The notes under the pieces were generated by a model, which was given only the letters and a program-made list of their open reading frames with translations, had not been told where the DNA came from and made no database searches. From assembly GCF_006345805.1 (NCBI RefSeq), contig NW_021828208.1, positions 1 to 9,188 of the forward strand: a DNA stretch of 9,188 nucleotides. Reading direction: 5' to 3'. Below, in pieces: positions 7,292 to 9,188 of the stretch (position 1 is the first letter of the stretch; each line of letters starts with the position of its first letter). The position numbers and the translations under genes were made by a program. The stretch comes from Octopus sinensis (Eukaryota).

Positions 7292-8632
7292 CAATATCAA
7301 AGGAAAATTAACCGAGAAGATAGCTTTCATGTGCAGCAATAGGAGCAATAGACACCATTGATACTCAGAAAACAGATTCCATTACACTCCAGGGGGGAAA
7401 ACTAGAAGTAGTTGATAGTTTCCGCTACCTAAGTGACCAAGTTAGCAGTGGGGATGGATGCTCAGAGAGTGTTACCACTAGAATAAGAATAGCCTGGGCA
7501 AAGTTTAGAAACTTTCTTCTCCTACTGGTGACAAAGGGTCTCTCGCTCAGAGTGAAAGGTAGATTGTACAATGCATGTGTGTGAACTGCCATGCTTCACG
7601 GCAGTGAAACATGGGCTGTGACTGCGGAGGACATGCGTAGGCTCAAAAGAAATGAAGCTAGCATGAACCGCTGGATGTGTAATGTCATTGTCCATGCACG
7701 ACAGAGTGTAAGCACCCTGAGAGAAACGTTGGGCATAAGAAGCATCAGATGCAGCGTGCAGGAGAGACGATTGCGTTGGTATGGTCATGTACTATGGATG
7801 GATGAGGAGAGATGTGTGAAGAAGTGCCACTCCCAAAATGTTGAAGGAATCCGGGGTAGAGGTAGACATGGGACGAGGTGGTCAAGCATGACCTGTGCAC
7901 ATTGAGCCTCACAGAGGCTATGACAAAAGACCGAGGCCTCTGGAGATATGCTGTGACTTCGAAGACCCGACAAATGAAGTGAGTTCATGGCTTGCAGGAC
8001 GGCCTGCTGCACTTGAGGAGACCTATTGTGTCAAGTTCATCAACATCAAAATAAAAATCGTATGGATTTTATAGTTGTGATACCCGTGCCGGTGGCATGT
8101 AGGGCCTCACAGAGGAAATGACGAAGACCGAGCCCCTGAGATATGCTGTGACTGTGAAGACCCAACAAATAACGTGAGTTCATGGCTTGCAGGACGACCT
8201 GCTGTGCTAACCTTGGATTGTAGAGTGACCCACTGTTCTTGAGGAGACCTATTGAGTCAAGTACATCAACACCAACATCAAAATAAAAATCAAATGGAAA
8301 TTGTAGTTAAGACACCCGTGCCGGTGACACGTAAAAAGCACTGTCCGAACGTGGCAGATGCCAGTGCTGCCTGACTGGCGTCCGTGTCAGTGACACATAA
8401 AAGCACAAACTGATCGTGGCTGCTTGCCAGCCTCCTCTGGCCCCTGTGCCGGTGGCACATAAAAAACACCCACTATACTCACAGAGTGGTTTGCATTAGG
8501 AAGGGCATCCAGCTGTAGAAACTCTGTCAAATCAGACTGGAGCCTGGTGCAGCCTCTATGGTTTACCAGACCCTGATCAAACCGTCCAACCCATGCTAGC
8601 ATGGAAAACAGACGTTAAATGAAGAAAAAAAA
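7287..8632 (+). mobile_element. 5'-truncated RTE LINE: RT C-terminus, ORF2 end, duplicated 3' UTR segment and A-rich tail
   Basis: Reads SNIKGKLTEKIAFMC.../LEVVDSFRYLSDQVSSGDGCSESVTTRIRIAWAKFR...LYNACV*TAMLHGSETW...RRLRWYGHV...RGRGR/TWDEVVKHDLCTLSLTEAMTKDRGLWRYAV, stop at 7980-7982. Contains an internal stop and frameshifts. Tail tgaagaaaaaaaa at 8620-8632. Confidence 0.93.
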
Positions 8633-8649
8633 TATCTCCTTTGCTCACG

Positions 8650-9115
8650 TGGCTCCCACATGACCATTGACCATTTTTCATTCTTCTCCTAACTTGTGTT
8701 TCATTGTCTGTTCCTGTTGCAGCTGGACAAGGAAGACGTATTCTTGCCTGTCTCCTGTCCAAGCTTGTTTCTTCACGTTCGCCATCACAACCTCAATTAG
8801 GCTTAGCAGCCCTTCTTGTTTGCTATCACAGTCCTGTTTTTGTCCCCAATTTTAACCCTCCACAAAAATCCAAATTTTATTTAATTTGCTTTGCAGGAGC
8901 AACTGTTTTATCAAAGGCATATCTTTTTGGGAATTGCTTGAAATACGGATTAGAAAAACAACTGACAACTGAAGGGTCATTCTTTGTGTTGTTTTTCTTG
9001 TTTTCCATTTGTTTCTTTCTTTGTTCGCAAAAAAAAAAATGTTGTCGTACTTCGTATTTTTTGTTGTTTATGTTTTGTGATGTCCTGTGCCCACATCTAC
9101 ATATATATCTTAATA
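8650..9115. repeat. Unclassified interspersed repeat, probably related to 6545-7246
   Basis: cccacatgacc (8655, also 6765) and ttcttgttttcc (8995, also 7145) occur with similar spacing (340 vs 380 nt); T-rich end followed by short (TA)n. Confidence 0.35.
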
Positions 9116-9188
9116 TATAAAATCCATTCTGTCTCTCTGTACACTTATAACTCGAGTATTGTTCATCCAATCATGCTGAAATTTTAAA

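Noticed and set aside
7137-7361. ORFs with YI/IY repeats
   Set aside because: Translation of the (TA)20 microsatellite fused to the truncated RTE start.
5349-9188. First PGM3 coding exon (M...YGTAGFR)
   Set aside because: No matching codons found by eye. tacggaaca near 6990 (YGT) continues as RM within a repeat and has no donor. The exon is presumably beyond the window end.

Overview
Eukaryotic, AT-rich genomic DNA, most likely from an octopod cephalopod (inferred from the repeat families as I recall them, not from a database search). The window holds four internal coding exons of PGM3 (phosphoacetylglucosamine mutase) on the minus strand: 5348-5278, 4449-4320, 4109-4014 and 2295-2222. All have canonical AG/GT boundaries, and they splice in phase into a 371-nt stop-free frame containing the catalytic TASHNP motif. 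The ORF track misses all four. The first coding exon and the downstream exons lie outside the window. The introns carry dead mobile DNA: three RTE-clade LINE copies, an internally deleted DD37D (maT-type) Tc1/mariner transposase, several decayed tRNA-type SINE copies, two unclassified repeats and microsatellites. I cannot establish a new biological system here. The best leads are (i) a PHD-like C4HC3 finger inserted inside the RTE reverse transcriptase, (ii) a GCCTC-N3-GAGG hairpin at or next to a breakpoint in all three RTE copies, (iii) a SINE-head/RTE-tail fusion, (iv) inverted RTE copies bracketing all four exons, and (v) weaker candidates for an intronic C/D snoRNA and decayed hammerhead-like cores.
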